Assembly (NCBI GenBank): GCA_028534125.1
Contig: CM052826.1
Span: 24,428,001-24,492,000 of the forward strand
Source of the DNA: Lama glama
Taxonomy: Eukaryota
Length of the DNA stretch: 64,000 nt
Reading direction: 5' to 3'
In this document: positions 38,738-51,399 of the stretch, in pieces
Numbering within the stretch: the stretch's first letter is position 1
Layout: the number at the start of each line of letters is the position of its first letter
Position numbers and translations under genes: made by a program
The notes under the pieces: model-generated
What the model saw: only the letters and a program-made list of their open reading frames with translations
Databases searched by the model: none
Told to the model about the DNA's origin: nothing

Positions 38738-39374
38738 CCTCCCTCTACCCTCCTTACAGGTGACTGAAGCTTGCAGAGGGGATGCCACCTGTCCAGGTGC
38801 CTGGTACACCTGAGTGCCGAGACTGGGAGCCCCCAGAAGCCTGGGAAGGATGCTAGCACTGTCTCCTCGGGGTGATGCAGACCTTGGGGCAGCCCAGCTG
38901 GCCTGCTTATGTTAGGTTCATAGCGAGCATCAAACCCAAAACGGGCCAGCACAGAACCGGATTTGGGGGCCCTTCCCAGCATGATGGGGCCTGAGACCCG
39001 AGGGCTGCTTTAAGCCTCTCCAGAGACCCTCTCCCTGGCCCCAGCCCTATGCGCAGCAGCAGAGAGCCTCAGTTGGGCGGGTCTTGGCCTCTCTTGTCCT
39101 CCTTCTGAGGGAGGGTAGTAACCATACCGTATGTCATCAAATATAAGAGGCCATTGGAACTAAAAGGTCCTGCTACCTTATGAATCACCACAAAGAGAAA
39201 AGACTTAGCAGCCTGGGGTGACACTCTGGACGGAGAGGCAAGATGACCTCTGAGGCTGTAAACCGTGAAAAGTGGGAGTGCTACCAGGCATGGGCAACAG
39301 TCCTGCATATTTACAGTGGCCCCCGGGGAAAATGCTTTCCCATGTTGTCCTCATTATCCTGCAGCTTCTGTGAT

Positions 39375-39712
39375 GGGGGCCCCAGGTTACCACGGAGGGG
39401 CCCCAGTTTATAGGTGGTGAACCCAGGTTATACATGGAGGCTCTAGGTTGTAGGTAGGGGGCCGAGGTTATAGCAAGGGGCCCCAGGTTACAGGCCCGAG
39501 ATTACTTAGGAGAGCCCCAGATTACAGCTAAGAGGCACTAGGTTACAGGTGGGAGTCCTCAGGTTATAGGTAGGGTCCCAGATTATAGTGGGGGACCCAA
39601 GGTTACAGGTGGGGCCCCGGGTTTGAGGTCAGAGCCCCCAGTTATAAACAGGAAGACCAGGTAACAGCAGGGGCCCAGCCTTCGGGTAGGGGCCCAGGTC
39701 ATCCATGGAGTC
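39375..39712 (+). repeat. Degenerate ~20-bp minisatellite (consensus about GGGGCCCCAGGTTATAGGTA)
   Basis: About 16-17 imperfect units, each carrying ccaggtta/ccagatta/ccagttta. Confidence 0.8.
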
Positions 39713-40492
39713 CTCTAGGGCCCAGGCTTTGCCTCTGTCCTGTCTCCTCCTGTATACCCTATCCCTCACACCTGGCATTTCTCCTACCCACCCACGACCC
39801 TCACTCTTATGGACACTCATACCCAGCTGGCCCCCAGATCTACTCACTCCCTCGCAGCCCCCTTGCTTCCCTCAGCTCTGAGGCCAAGACCTACACCCTC
39901 TCCCTGAGCAACAAGGAGGCCAGAGTTTCTCCTGGCCCCTCTCCTGGCCGTCTGCACCATCCTGGATCAACTTCCACTTGGTGGGTCTCTTCCTGGCCCC
40001 TAAGACCACCCCTTTCCAGGGGCCCAGCTCAGCCTCCCACCTGTTGAGTGAGGCCCCCAGAAGCCAGAGGGGTCCTTGCAGACCCGAGTTCACCCCTGCC
40101 GGGAATCCAGTCATGGGTAGCTTAGGGGCTGGGTCCGTGTGGGCCAGTGTGGCCACCAGGGGGCGGGCGGGGATCGTGCCTAAGGCTCAAGCATGAGCTT
40201 ATGTGTGTGTGAGTGCGCGCGCGCACGCACCAACGTCCACTCAAAGCCCAAGAGTACCCTCTGTGGCGACAGCGGCAGATGTCCCTAGAGGTGTCCTAGT
40301 GTCCCCTGGGGGGCAGGACCACCCCTGGTTGAGAATCTTTGCTTTATAGATAAACATGCATGTATTTATGGATAAAAGGATGTGGTGTACAGGATTTTGC
40401 TTTAGAACATTCCTGGGTGTAACGTGCAGGCCGAAGTATTTGGGAGAAAATGTCCTGATGTAGCCACTCTTGTTTTTATTTGTAAGGAACGG

Positions 40493-40925
40493 GTGGCAGG
40501 TCGAATGATGGCTCCCCAAAGAGATGTTCGCATCCATGTCCCCAGAACCTGTGAATGTGGCCTCAATTGGAAATAGAGTCTTGCAGCTGTAAGCAAGGTA
40601 AGGAGCTTGAGGCGAGAGCACCCTGGGTGACAGGTGGGCCCTGCATCCAATGACAACTGTCCTTGTAAAAGACACACAGGAAATTTGACAGCCAGGGAAA
40701 GGCCACGTGAAAGCAGAGGCAGAGACAAGAGTGGTGTGGCCACAAGCCAAGGGATGCCTGGGGTCCCCAGAAACTGGAAGAGGCAGGGGGACCCTTCCCT
40801 GGAGTCTCCATCCCTGACAATACCTTCATCTGACTTCCGGCCTCCAGAATGGGAGGGAAGACACTTCTGTGGTTTTAAGCCACCCAATTTGTGGCCATTG
40901 GTTACACCCGCCCCAAGAGACCCAC
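40493..40925 (+). mobile_element. MLT1 (ERVL-MaLR) solo LTR
   Basis: gtggcaggtcgaatgatggctccccaaaga...ccccagaacctgtgaatgt...cacaagccaagggatgcc...ttccggcctccagaa...tgtggttttaagccacc. Confidence 0.8.
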
Positions 40926-41041
40926 ATATAAGGCTCTTAGAATTATTTATTACAGAAAAACTCACCTTTTGTAGTATACAGGTCTATGAATTGGGGTGAG
41001 AAGACGTAGCCGTGTCATCACCACCGTAATCAAGAGATGAA

Positions 41042-41147
41042 ATAGCTCAGTGGCACAGGGTGGGCGTAGCCCGCATGAGGTCCTGGGTTTAACCCTCAGT
41101 GCCTCCATTAAAGTAAATAAATAGCCTAATTACTTCCCCTAAAAAGG
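41042..41147 (+). mobile_element. Second tRNA-derived camelid-type SINE (5' truncated, diverged)
   Basis: atagctcagtgg...gaggtcctgggtttaaccctcagtgcctcca, with tail aaataaatagcctaattacttcccc. Confidence 0.65.
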
Positions 41148-41229
41148 AAGTAAAATATTTCCACCACCCCAGGAGGCCCCTGGTGCCCCTCTGTGGTCCC
41201 CTCCCCCCTCCCCCAGCCTTTCCCAAGCA

Positions 41230-41730
41230 TGGATGGAGGTTTGACCCTGCAGCTTGGCCCCCCCACCAGGGAACACGCAGTGAAATCACGCAGCAGGAGC
41301 CTGGCTTCTTTCCCACTGTGATTCATCTGCGCTTCCTCGGTGTTCTGCGAGCACTGTCTCCTTGTTGGGTCTGAGTGATGTCCCTTCCCGGACATTCCGT
41401 AGTGTTTCCACCCATTCACCAGCTGAAGAGCATCTGGTTGTCTCCAGTTTGGGATGACTAGGAATCATGCTGCCGTGGACGCGTGTGTGCAGGCTCTTGT
41501 GTGGACAGAAGACTTAATTCCTTTTGGGTTAATACCCAGCAGTCGAGCAGCTCCATCACCCGGCAACCCTATGTTGAGTATTTTGAGGAACCGCCAAGCT
41601 GTCTTCAGTGGCCACATCCCCACCAGCAACATCTGAGGATTCCCGGTGCTCTGTGCGCTCACCAGCACTTGGATTTGTCCATTGTTTTTGGTTCTAGTTT
41701 TGCCATTCAGATAGGTGGCACATTATATTT
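41230..41730 (-). mobile_element. L1M 3' region fragment
   Basis: ttttgaggaaccgccaagctgtcttc, catccccaccagcaac, ctcaccagcacttg: typical antisense L1M. Confidence 0.65.
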
Positions 41731-42049
41731 AGATGCAGCAAAACACACGCGTGCTCACATGCACGCACGTGCGCTGAAATGCACCCCCCTGGAGGAAAAG
41801 GCGGATGTTCAGATATGCGCTAAACAAAGAGTAAAATGTTAATCATGGGAACTTGGTATTGGGTCTTTAACCACCAAATCCTTCCAGCTCTTCAATGCAT
41901 TTGAATATATTCATAATAAAAGGTTGGAAAAAATAATCCAAGGGTGGACTAGAGATAAAACAAGACGAGCATGGGGCTGGTACTGGTTGAGGCTTGGGGA
42001 AGAGGTGGAAGGGCTTGGAGAGGCTGTTCCACTTTCTTCTGTTCCATGT

Positions 42050-42445
42050 GTTGGAGATACTCTGTGATAGAGTCAGAAAACAGTCATGCGGCTCCCCCAG
42101 CAGTCACAGTCGCTGCACGAGCCCGGAGGCCTGCCGTCAGGCAGCCACCAGGAGACATGGGGATACACGTCTACACGGAGACCCACACACACGTCCACAG
42201 CAGCCAAAAGGTGGACACAAACCTAGTGTCCATCCACGGACACATGTGTCCCTCCACACGTGGGAGCATCACTCAGCCGTGAACAGGAGAGCAGCCCTGA
42301 CACCCGCTCCTACGGGGCCGGACCCTGAGAACACGGTGCTCAGGGAGAGAAGCAGACACAGAAGGACACACAGTGTGTGACTCCACTCACAGGAGGTCCC
42401 TACAGTTAGAATGGTGAATTTTGTTATGTGTTATGTCCTTTAATG
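42050..42445 (+). mobile_element. L1M(B)-like 3' end fragment (copy D)
   Basis: Core 25-mer at 42345-42369. Confidence 0.7.
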
Positions 42446-42909
42446 TTACGTTACCCTGGAATTTTTCTAACAATGAGGAAGTCCAGGAAACAGGCTGGGG
42501 TCTTGGTGGGATCAAACGGTCAGTCCCCCCACAGGCAGTGTGGCCACGTCTTCTGAAATGACGAAGGGCTGGATCGCTGCCAGGGGTTGCTCCGTGACTA
42601 CTTGCCCATGTCGGGGACCACATGGCTGCCCCTGGCACGGGAAGCCAGGCGGAAACACCCTGGGAGTGCCCTAGAGAAGGGAGTAAGCCAACCGCAGCAC
42701 ATCCCAACCACGGAATACCGTGCAGTCCCGCGAAAGAACAGGCGCCCCATATGAGCTTGTGTGCCATGAACTCGGGCAGACGTGAGGTGCAAAGGCAGGA
42801 GGTTCACATGCTGCAGCCTGGGTGGCAAGCAGGATGGGAGTGGGGGGTCGGTCGGCAGAGACTCCTCTGGAAGGATGCCCTGGGGAACTGTGGGAGGGAG
42901 ATGTTACTC

Positions 42910-43064
42910 NNNNNNNNNNNNNNNNNNNNNNNNNNNNNNNNNNNNNNNNNNNNNNNNNNNNNNNNNNNNNNNNNNNNNNNNNNNNNNNNNNNNNNNNNNN
43001 NNNNNNNNNNNNNNNNNNNNNNNNNNNNNNNNNNNNNNNNNNNNNNNNNNNNNNNNNNNNNNNN
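42910..43064. other. Assembly gap (155 N)
   Basis: Run of N. Confidence 0.98.
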
Positions 43065-43480
43065 CACTGACTCCCCAGCCCCAGCCCCACCATCTACTCT
43101 CAGTGTCTATGGATGTGACTCCTCCAGGGACCTCCTGTGAGTGGAATCAGACAGTGTGTGTCCTTCTGGGTCTGGTTCTCTCCCTGAGCATCAATCATGT
43201 CCCCAACATGGTCCACCCACGTTGGAGCAGGTGCCAGAATCTCCTTCTTCTTCAGGCTGAGTAGCATTCCACCATGTGGATGGACCACATTTGTTTATCC
43301 ACCGTCTGTCGATGGACATGTGGGTCATTTCCACCGTTGGCTACTGTGAATATGATACTGTGAATGTCCACGCGTGGGGAGGCAGGTACTTGATTGGGTC
43401 TCGGCTTCCAGGTCTTGTGTGCACACCTGGGAGTCGAGCTGCTGGGACAGGTGGGGATTCTGTATAACTTTTGTAGGAGC
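43065..43480 (-). mobile_element. L1M-like 3' fragment (copy E, less similar to the shared core)
   Basis: gtggaatcagacagtgtgtgtccttctg...ggctgagtagcattcca...ggaccacatttgtttatcca. Confidence 0.7.
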
Positions 43481-45011
43481 TTCCAGGCCCTTCCGTGGCA
43501 GCCACCCTCTGGCTGTACTTTTGACTTTTTAGTTTTAAAGAAGGGAAGGAACTAAACTTAAGTCATCACAGAGAAACAAATCAGCAAGTTTTAGACCGTG
43601 GGAAACTTAACAGGAAAAACGACCAGGTTTCATGAAAAATGAAAAAAAAAAAAAAGCAAAGAACAAAAATCCCCACCAAACCACAGGAAAAAAAATTAGA
43701 GAGAGACTTGAAGCTGGAAATGAAGACACAAGTGACATCGGTTACACTTTCTCAATTCATCCGTCCATCACTGGGCCCGTGGGCCACCAGGCTGGACTGG
43801 GTGATGAGGGTCAGCGTCAGCTGGGACACCGTGGGCACCAGAAACCCTCGAGTGAGTGAGTGCGTGCGGCGACGAAGGGGAGAAAGCTTCCCCGTGCCGT
43901 GTGTGTCTGCTCCGGACCCCTCAGGACCCTGGGTTCCCACCTCCAGCGCCGGGGTCCTGGGCCTACCTTAGGCCTCAGGGGCCCACCTGTGAGATGGGCC
44001 ACTCACTCCAACTCAGGGTCCCTGGGGGGCTGGGGAAACCCTCTCAGGAGGGGAAGGGCAGACAGCCAGCCCAGCGGAAGCAGGGGCCCCTGGCCCCGGG
44101 GGCCGCCGCCCCCTGCCTGGTGCTCTCTGCTGCTCCCTCCTGGCCTGAGTGGCGGGGTTGGTGGAGGCTTTGGGCAGTGCTTACCAGAATCGAATGCCTG
44201 GGAGGGAGCGCACCGGTCAGCAGCCCCCACCCCAGGAACGTTGGCTCGTTGCTCAGCTGGGCCTTGGGAACCAGAGGGACGTGGGGGCAAGCTTGCCATG
44301 CAGCTAGGACGGCACAGGACTGAAATTCTGGGACATCGCTGGGCATGAGTCCCCATGCTACTGTTGGGGAAACCGAGGCTCAGGGGAACGCTGGATCGGG
44401 GGGCATGAAGGGCCCACCACCCAGTGCGACCCAGCTGTGCGTGGCAGCCTGGAGCATGTGGCCTGGGCTGGTGGTCACTTTGCTGCAGCTCTGCCATCCT
44501 CTCGTCTTCCATCTCACCCAGGGCCTTTGCACCTGCTCTTCCCTGAGTGGCCATGTAACTCCCTCCTTCACTCATTCAGGTTGTGGCTTCTTCCTTAGAA
44601 GCTCCTCCCCGGCCCTTGTGGCTAAGCCCCCACCCCCGACACATGCGCATGTGCGTGTGCGCACGCACACACACGCATGTGCCCCCCCCACAGTGGCCCC
44701 ATCAACCCAGGCTGCAGGATCCTGCAAGGGTCTGCGCGCTGTAGTTCTAACGCATCAGCATGAGGGGGTGTGGAGTATTTACATGACTGCCTTCTCCACC
44801 TTCTCCCTGGGGAAGCTGGAGGTCCCCTGCCACAGGCCACCCTCAGAGCGATGGTGACAATCATAGTTGGCATATGCTGGTCAGAGGTTCATCTCTTGCT
44901 GGCCTGGAGGCTAATGTCCTTTCTCCTTCTCACCATCCTCCATTTGCCAGCGGAGATGCTGGGCTCAGAGAGGTTTCTGCATCCTGGCCCACAGACGTGT
45001 GGCCATGGAGA

Positions 45012-45330
45012 ACAGGGTCAGCCACCCACTCTGTCACAGGCCAGGGAACAAACACGTTCAGCTTTGTGGCTGTATGGACTCTCCCAACTGCTCAACTCTG
45101 CCTGCTGTGTCTCCAGAGTAGCCACAGATGGTGCTTAAAGGAATGTGTGTGGCTGTGCTAACAAAACTTGATGAATGGACACCAAAATGTGAATTTCATA
45201 TCATTTTCATGTGTCACAAAATGAGGTGTTTTCTGATTGTTTCGTCACTCACTTAAAATGGAAACGTCATTCTTGGCTGGATGCCGTCCTCATGCAGGCG
45301 AGCTTGTGGGCCAGTCTGCAGGGCCCTCAA
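45012..45330 (+). mobile_element. MER58B-like DNA transposon fragment
   Basis: caactgctcaactctgcc...tgtggctgtgct...aaaact...atggacaccaaaatgtgaatttcatatcattttcatgtgtcacaaaat. Confidence 0.7.
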
Positions 45331-45387
45331 GGCAGTGTCACTCTGCACTCCAGTGGTGAGCTGTGAAAGGCTGTACTTCTCTGGAGG

Positions 45388-45800
45388 CTGTGTGGAGGAC
45401 AGACTCTAAAGTGGCCCGAGGTCCACCTCCTTGGTGGCGTTCACTCTCCTTGAGGGGGTAGGTGTCTGGATGTCATTTCTCTGTTAGGAGAAATCACACA
45501 CACCAGACCTGCATACCCTCCCTGTGGGTTTGGAGAAGCCCATGTGGAGGCAGGAGGCAGCCTCAAACCAACAGCCAGGAAAATACAGGGTCCCTTGTCT
45601 TACAACAGCAAGGAAGTAGTCAATCTAGACCCTTCCCTGGTCAAGCCTCCCCCTGAGCTTTCAACCCTCAGCAAACACCAGTGATGGAGTCTGAGCAAGG
45701 ACTCGGTTTTCAGAAGCTGTGAGCTAATCACTTAAAAATGTTGCTTTAAGCCTCTGTGTTCAGAGAAATTTGTTACGCAGCCATAGCTAACCAGCACAGG
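45388..45800 (+). mobile_element. Old MLT1-type LTR
   Basis: tgtggaggacagactctaaagtggccc...acagccagg...cttacaacagcaagga...gttgctttaagcctct...tttgttacgcagccatagctaac. Confidence 0.6.
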
Positions 45801-45899
45801 CTGGATGTGGGACCACCCCAGCCTCTGCCATCATTCAACCATTGATCACTTTACATTCAGCATGCATTTATTGAGCACTACTGTATACCATGTGTTCAT

Positions 45900-46785
45900 T
45901 TCTTGATGTGCAACCTCCCCAGCCCAAGTGGGGTGGCTAACCAGCCTTACCTGGGGTGGGGGTGCTCTACTGCTAAGGCTACGCCCCCTGCTTCTGATCC
46001 AGTCCAGAGGGTCCTCACCGCATTGGCTGACTCCACACACCCCATTGGCTAACATCATGGGGTTCTGCCCCTATTGGCTGACTGCATAAAACCATGTGAT
46101 CCCAGCTCGGCCAATCAGGGCATTCCATTTCCTGGCCACAGAGATTGTTTCAACAAGGACATGTGACCGAGGCTGGGCCAATCAGAATCTTCCCTGGGAC
46201 TTTAGATGCTTCTCTTGGGGAGAGGTGCTGATCTTCTGCAAGGGCTGTTAGGCTGATGGGGGGAATTTGGTCTGGAGCTGCTGGCACCATCTTTGTCCCA
46301 GATGGACAAAGAGAGGGAGATGTCCCCATCTAGGGAGATTCTTTTTTTTTTTTTTCCATCTGGGGAGATTCTTGAGGCAAAAAGCGAAGAGGGAGGATGG
46401 CAGAGCTGAGCATCAGAGAATTGGACAAATCCTTGTGACTGTTTGAGGGTCCTGGGTCTAGGTGAATCTGAAACCAGCTGGACCAATGGATCTCAATCAG
46501 GGGTGGTCCTGCCCCCAGGAGACATTGGGCAACATCTGGGGACATCTGTGGTTGTCAAGACTGGGGAGCTCCTGGCATTGAGTGGGCGGGGGGCAGGAAT
46601 GCGGCTCCACACAGAGCACCATCTGGTCCCAAATGTCAGCAGTGCTGAGGGGGAGAACCCTGAGTTAATTCTACCCCTGGACCTTTCAGTTCCATTAGCA
46701 AAAAATTCCCATTTAAAAGGAAAAAATAAAAAAGCCAGTTTCAGTTGCAGTTTCTGTCACTTGCACCCAAAATATTCTAAACAAT
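45900..46785 (+). mobile_element. LTR16-like ERVL LTR interrupted by MER20
   Basis: ggccaatcagaatcttccctggga...; ends gtttctgtcacttgcacccaaa. Subfamily uncertain. Confidence 0.45.
46484..46662 (+). mobile_element. MER20 DNA transposon
   Basis: tctcaatcagggg...tgcccccagg.gacatt.ggcaa..tctgg.gacat...tggcattgagtggg...cccaaatgtcagcagtgctgagg..gagaaccctg. Confidence 0.75.
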
Positions 46786-46899
46786 CTAGGCATTAAGACT
46801 CAAGCAGGGGGTTTTGGAAGTAGAAGCTGTAGGTGGCCGGCCTGGGTGGGCTTCACCCCACAGAGTGGGATGGGAGGACACGGTCAGGCCTCATACTAT

Positions 46900-47380
46900 G
46901 ATAATTTTTTGAAGAGCCTTAACTTTAGATTTAGAGAAAAGTTGCAACGATGGTACCAGGAATTCCTGTATCCCGGTGCCCACTTTGCCCTGAACTAACA
47001 TCTTACATGAGTATGTTTGTCATCAATACAATATTATCATTTAAAGTCCTCATTTTTTTTTTCAGATTTAGCTGTAGTTGTTCCCTAATGTCCCCTTTCT
47101 GCCCCGAGACTCCATCAGGATCTCACATGACCTTTAGTTGTCACATCTCAAGCCCTTCTGGGCTGTGACAGTGTCTCAGACTTTCCTTGTTTCTGATAAC
47201 TGGATGCTTTGGGGAGGACTGGCTGGGTATTTTGTAGAATGTGCCTTGTTTGGGGTTTCTTGGGTGTTTTTCTCAAGGCCGGACCAGCAGGATGGGCTTG
47301 GAGAGGAAGACCACAGAGATGAAATGCCTTCTTCCCCCATCACATCAAGGGTCCCTGCCATCCACATGGCTGATCAAAGA
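46900..47380 (-). mobile_element. L1MC/ME-like 3' fragment
   Basis: ttttagatttagagaaaagttgca, tttagttgtcacatctc, tattttgtagaatgt. Confidence 0.55.
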
Positions 47381-47489
47381 CAAAAGACAAAGAACCTCTG
47401 AAATGCCTTTGCAACTTTAGGCTTCGATGATGACCCGGCTGGAACATCTAGCACTCTTCTGATTCCCACAGTTGATTGCCTTCTCCTTC

Positions 47490-47930
47490 TTTTTATTTTG
47501 ATGAAATTCACATAATATGTAATTAACCATTTTAAAGTGTACAAATCAGTGGCCTTTCACAATTCACCTTGTGCAATGACCACCTCTTTCAAACATTGTC
47601 ATCACCGCCTAAAAACATCGGGTCCCCATTAGCAGTCACTCTTCCTCCTCCCCAGCCCCTGACAGCCAGGAACCCCCTCCCTGTGTCTGTGGACTGGCCT
47701 GTTCTGGACGTCTCACATACATGGACTCACACACTGTGTCCTTCTGTGTCTGCTTCTCTCACTGAGCATCGTGCTCTCAGGGTCTGTCCACGTGGGAGCG
47801 GGTGTCAGTGCTGCTCTCCTGTTCATGGATGAGTACTATTCCCGTATGTGGCTGGACCACATTGTGTGTCCATCATCCACTGATGGGCACCAGGGTTGTT
47901 TCCACTTCTTGGCTGTTGTGAATCGTGCTA
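47490..47930 (-). mobile_element. L1M(B)-like 3' end fragment (copy F)
   Basis: Reverse-complement core 25-mer at 47736-47760; ccattttaaagtgtaca. Confidence 0.78.
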
Positions 47931-48019
47931 TGAAAATTTTTTTCCTCTTAACATTTTTACCATAAAATCCCCAAGCTTATATGGGTCCTTGACAAATTCT
48001 CACAAAAACCCTCCAAGGG

Positions 48020-48140
48020 AAGTAAGTACAATTTTCCCTATTTTGTAGATGGGGACACTGAGGCAGGTAGAGGTTAAGTAACTTGCCTGTGCTTACACAG
48101 CCACTGGGTAGCAGGGCTGGGATTTGAACCCAGGAAGAGT
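48020..48140. mobile_element. MIR SINE fragment
   Basis: cctattttgtagatggggacactgaggca...agaggttaagtaacttgcc...gggctgggatttgaacccagg. Confidence 0.75.
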
Positions 48141-50519
48141 TAGCCTTATGTTCTGCTGCTGGAGCTCCACTCTACTGGTCATTCTGGAAGCCCAGGGGAC
48201 ATGAGATGACCAGCAGGGGGGGAACTGGCTTCAATACCATTGCCCTGAAGATTGTGATGGGGACACCTCACCCGGGTAGTCTGTCTTCTTCCTAAGTCTG
48301 GTGGATGGAGAGTGGTGGTGGTGGGGATCCCACAAAGTTCTCCAAATGCTCCCAATGCCCCTCAGGAGCCTGGTTACTTGCATGCCACCGGGGTCTGAAC
48401 ATGAGTCAGCTGGGCCCTGGCTGGCTTGGAATTTCCCCATAGGGCCGGACTGATCCAAGGTGAAGGTTCAGGAAGTCCCAGCACAGGTGACATCAGTGCT
48501 CAGGGCTGGCCATGGTCTACACCCGGGAGGACCTGCTGGGGGAAGGTGGGGCACTATCCACCTGCTTGGACCCTCACCTGGCACTCATGTAGCAGGAACC
48601 TGCCCAGGAAGGGCCAGCACTGCAGTCAGAGCCCTGCACTGCAGGGGTATCCCACTCCCCTGTGACCCGGGAGCATAACAATGTCCCTTGTGGCCCTGGC
48701 GCCTGGCACCCAGATGATGAATGTTTAGCGGATGAGTGCATGGCCCCAAGCCTGCGGTCAGCCTCTCTCCCTTCCCCTCCCCCACCCTGAAGCCCACCCA
48801 CCCCTCCTGAGCTTACCTGCACCCCTCCTCATGCCCTCCCCTCCTTGCCCCTGCCCTAGCTGCCTCTCTGCTGGTGCTCTAAATCCTCCCTGGATCCCTG
48901 CGGCCCTGGGGACAAAGCCAAGCTGAGTCCCCCTCTGATGCAGGGTTGGGGCTGAGGGGCATCCTGAGGGTTCTCACCTCCTCCCCCAACTCTTCCCCAG
49001 CCCAAGTCTGGCTCACTATCAGCCCTTGATGACAAGAAATTCAGAGTTGGGCTCCTTTGGCTTTGGGGCAGCAGCTTGGCCTCTTCCAGCCTTGGTCCTG
49101 CCACCAGGTAAGCTTCAAAGATATGGCTCCTCCACCATCCCCCACCCCGCATCCAGCAAGTATGGGCAGACCAGGTGACCTCTGACCCCACCCCATTGCC
49201 TTGCTCCATAACATTCAGTGGCTCCCCAGTGCCCCCAGGATAAAGGCCTCACTCGAGGTTTCTGGGGCCCCCACTACTACACCTTCCACTTTGCAGCCTC
49301 ACTGCCCTGGCTGCCTGGGCCCTGCACATGCTGCTTCGGGCCTTTGCACATGCGAGGCCTGCTCCCTGCTGGCTCTTCCCCTCTGGGCTTGGCGGGTGGG
49401 CTGCTGCTCTTTCCTCCCTTCCGCACTGCTCCCCAGTGTCAGGGCCCAGCCTTGTCTCAGCCTTGTGTTGGGGGGTGCTTTAGTCAGGTGTCACATGTAA
49501 CCCCTACAGCCCTGGCATCCCAGCTTCAGCGCAGAGGCGGGAAGGCCTGTCTGGGGCGGATCTCAAACCCGTCGGACGGGTTTGCGGTTCCCTGAAGTTG
49601 CCCTGGCTCAGAGGCAGCCCTGGCCTGGCCTGGCAGGGTCCAGCTCTGGGCTCAGGCCGGGCAGGAGGGAGCTGCAGGATCCAGGAACCAGGCCAGCATT
49701 GCCTGAGGACACCTCCGGGCAAGCAGCAGGTGGGCCCGGGGACAGGGAGGGTGAGGTGGCTGGACTGGGTGGAGTTAGCTCTCCTCTGAGGGCTGCTGGT
49801 GGGAGCAGAGATGGAGGGAGGGACAGACGGGGTATGTGGGGACAGGGACAGAGGCAGAGAGAGGAGAAGGTAAGTGATGGGAGAGAGATGCCAGGGGCAC
49901 AGACACAACTCTGGGGCCTGGGCAGGCCCTGCTGTTTCTGCCTCAGTTTCCCCTGCGGCACCACAGAAGGGTCTGATGGGGCTCCAGGAAGAGAGAAAAG
50001 AGGCGAGGAGGGGAGAGGGAACCGAGTGGCAGAGGGGAAGTGGCCATGGAAAGTAGAAGTGGTGGTGGACCCAGGTCCCGAGGCGGGAGGGAGGAGGCTG
50101 GGAACGCTGGGGCTTTCCAGAATGTGGAGAAACAAGAAGTGGCAAGGCCCTGCCCCCGCCAGCTGGGCCAGGCTGGGCCCACCTGCCCGGCCTCACCTGC
50201 CCGGTCTCCCCAGGCTCCTCCCCCGCCGGCCTCAGTCTCCCAGACTCCAAGTCGGGCCTAGCCCTGGCATCCTTCCCAGGAGGGAAACTGAGAGTTAGCC
50301 CAAGAATCTCCTTGATGCACAGGGAAGCCCCCAGGGACCTGACTTTCCATCTGCCCGTCCATCTGAAGTTTTCTGCTGTTTCAAATAACGAAAACGACAG
50401 GGGAGGACCCCGCTCTGAGCTCACCAGTGTTCCTGGTTCTAGCGCTGTGTGCGCTGGGCAGGCTCAGCTCCGGGACCCCGTTTCTGCTGATGGTCCTTCC
50501 GCGTTGGGTCCCTTAATTG

Positions 50520-50695
50520 CATCAGTAAAAATACAGGACTCCCAGTTAGATGTGGACTTCAGATCCACAGAGGCTACTTCTTCAGTACAGGTATATCCCA
50601 AATATTGCCTGGGACACAGTGGCACTGGAAAATGACCCCTCCTGTACCTGGAATTCCAGTCTAACTGGGCGTCCTGTATTTGATCTGGAGACCCT
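50520..50695. mobile_element. MER53 MITE with internal inverted repeats
   Basis: aaatacaggactcccagttaga (50529-50550) and tctaactgggcgtcctgtattt (50660-50681) are complementary at 21/22 positions; central tcccaaatattgc.tgggaca. Confidence 0.7.
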
Positions 50696-51399
50696 TGCTG
50701 GAGCCTGGTCAAAGTGCCTGGGGGACAGGCCCTGCGTGGGGCAGGGTTGAGGGAGGGCTTGAAGAGGAGGCTCTCAGACATTAAACAGGCCCCTCGCCAC
50801 AGGCCTTCTGTCCCCGTGGGAGGAGGAGCCTTGGGCATTTTGCCCACTGAATGTTCACTCGGGTGGCAACCCCACGAGCCTGGACTACTTCACCTGGAAA
50901 TGGTCATAATGGTTGAGTACTAGACGTTGTCCAATCAGCTATCTGAACCACCTTGCAGGTAGCTACTATTATTACCACAGGTGGGGAAATGGAGGCACAG
51001 GGGAGTAAAAGCACTTTCCGTGGGTCACACAGCACCCAGCTTTCGAGCTCTGTCCCTTCTGCAATCCCAGGCCGCTTCTTGCAATTCCCTGGAAATCCCC
51101 AAATCTGACTAATTCCCTAGACATCCCCAGACTTGGCAGATTCCTCCATGCTGAGATGGCTGGACCCACCCCGGCCTGGGCAAACTGCCCCCATTTCAGG
51201 CAGTGTTACCCGTAGGGGCCTCGTGGTTTCCCGAGGAGGATGTGGCAGAGGTCAAGGCCACGCCTCCCGGGGCTACTCTGTGACCTCGGGCCGGCTGCGG
51301 GACAGTTCTGCGCCTCGGTTTCCCCTGCAGTGAAATGGAGGTAACACCAGCCCCGACCTCAGAGGGTCACTGTGGGAAAAGGGCCAGTTTTGGGGACGT

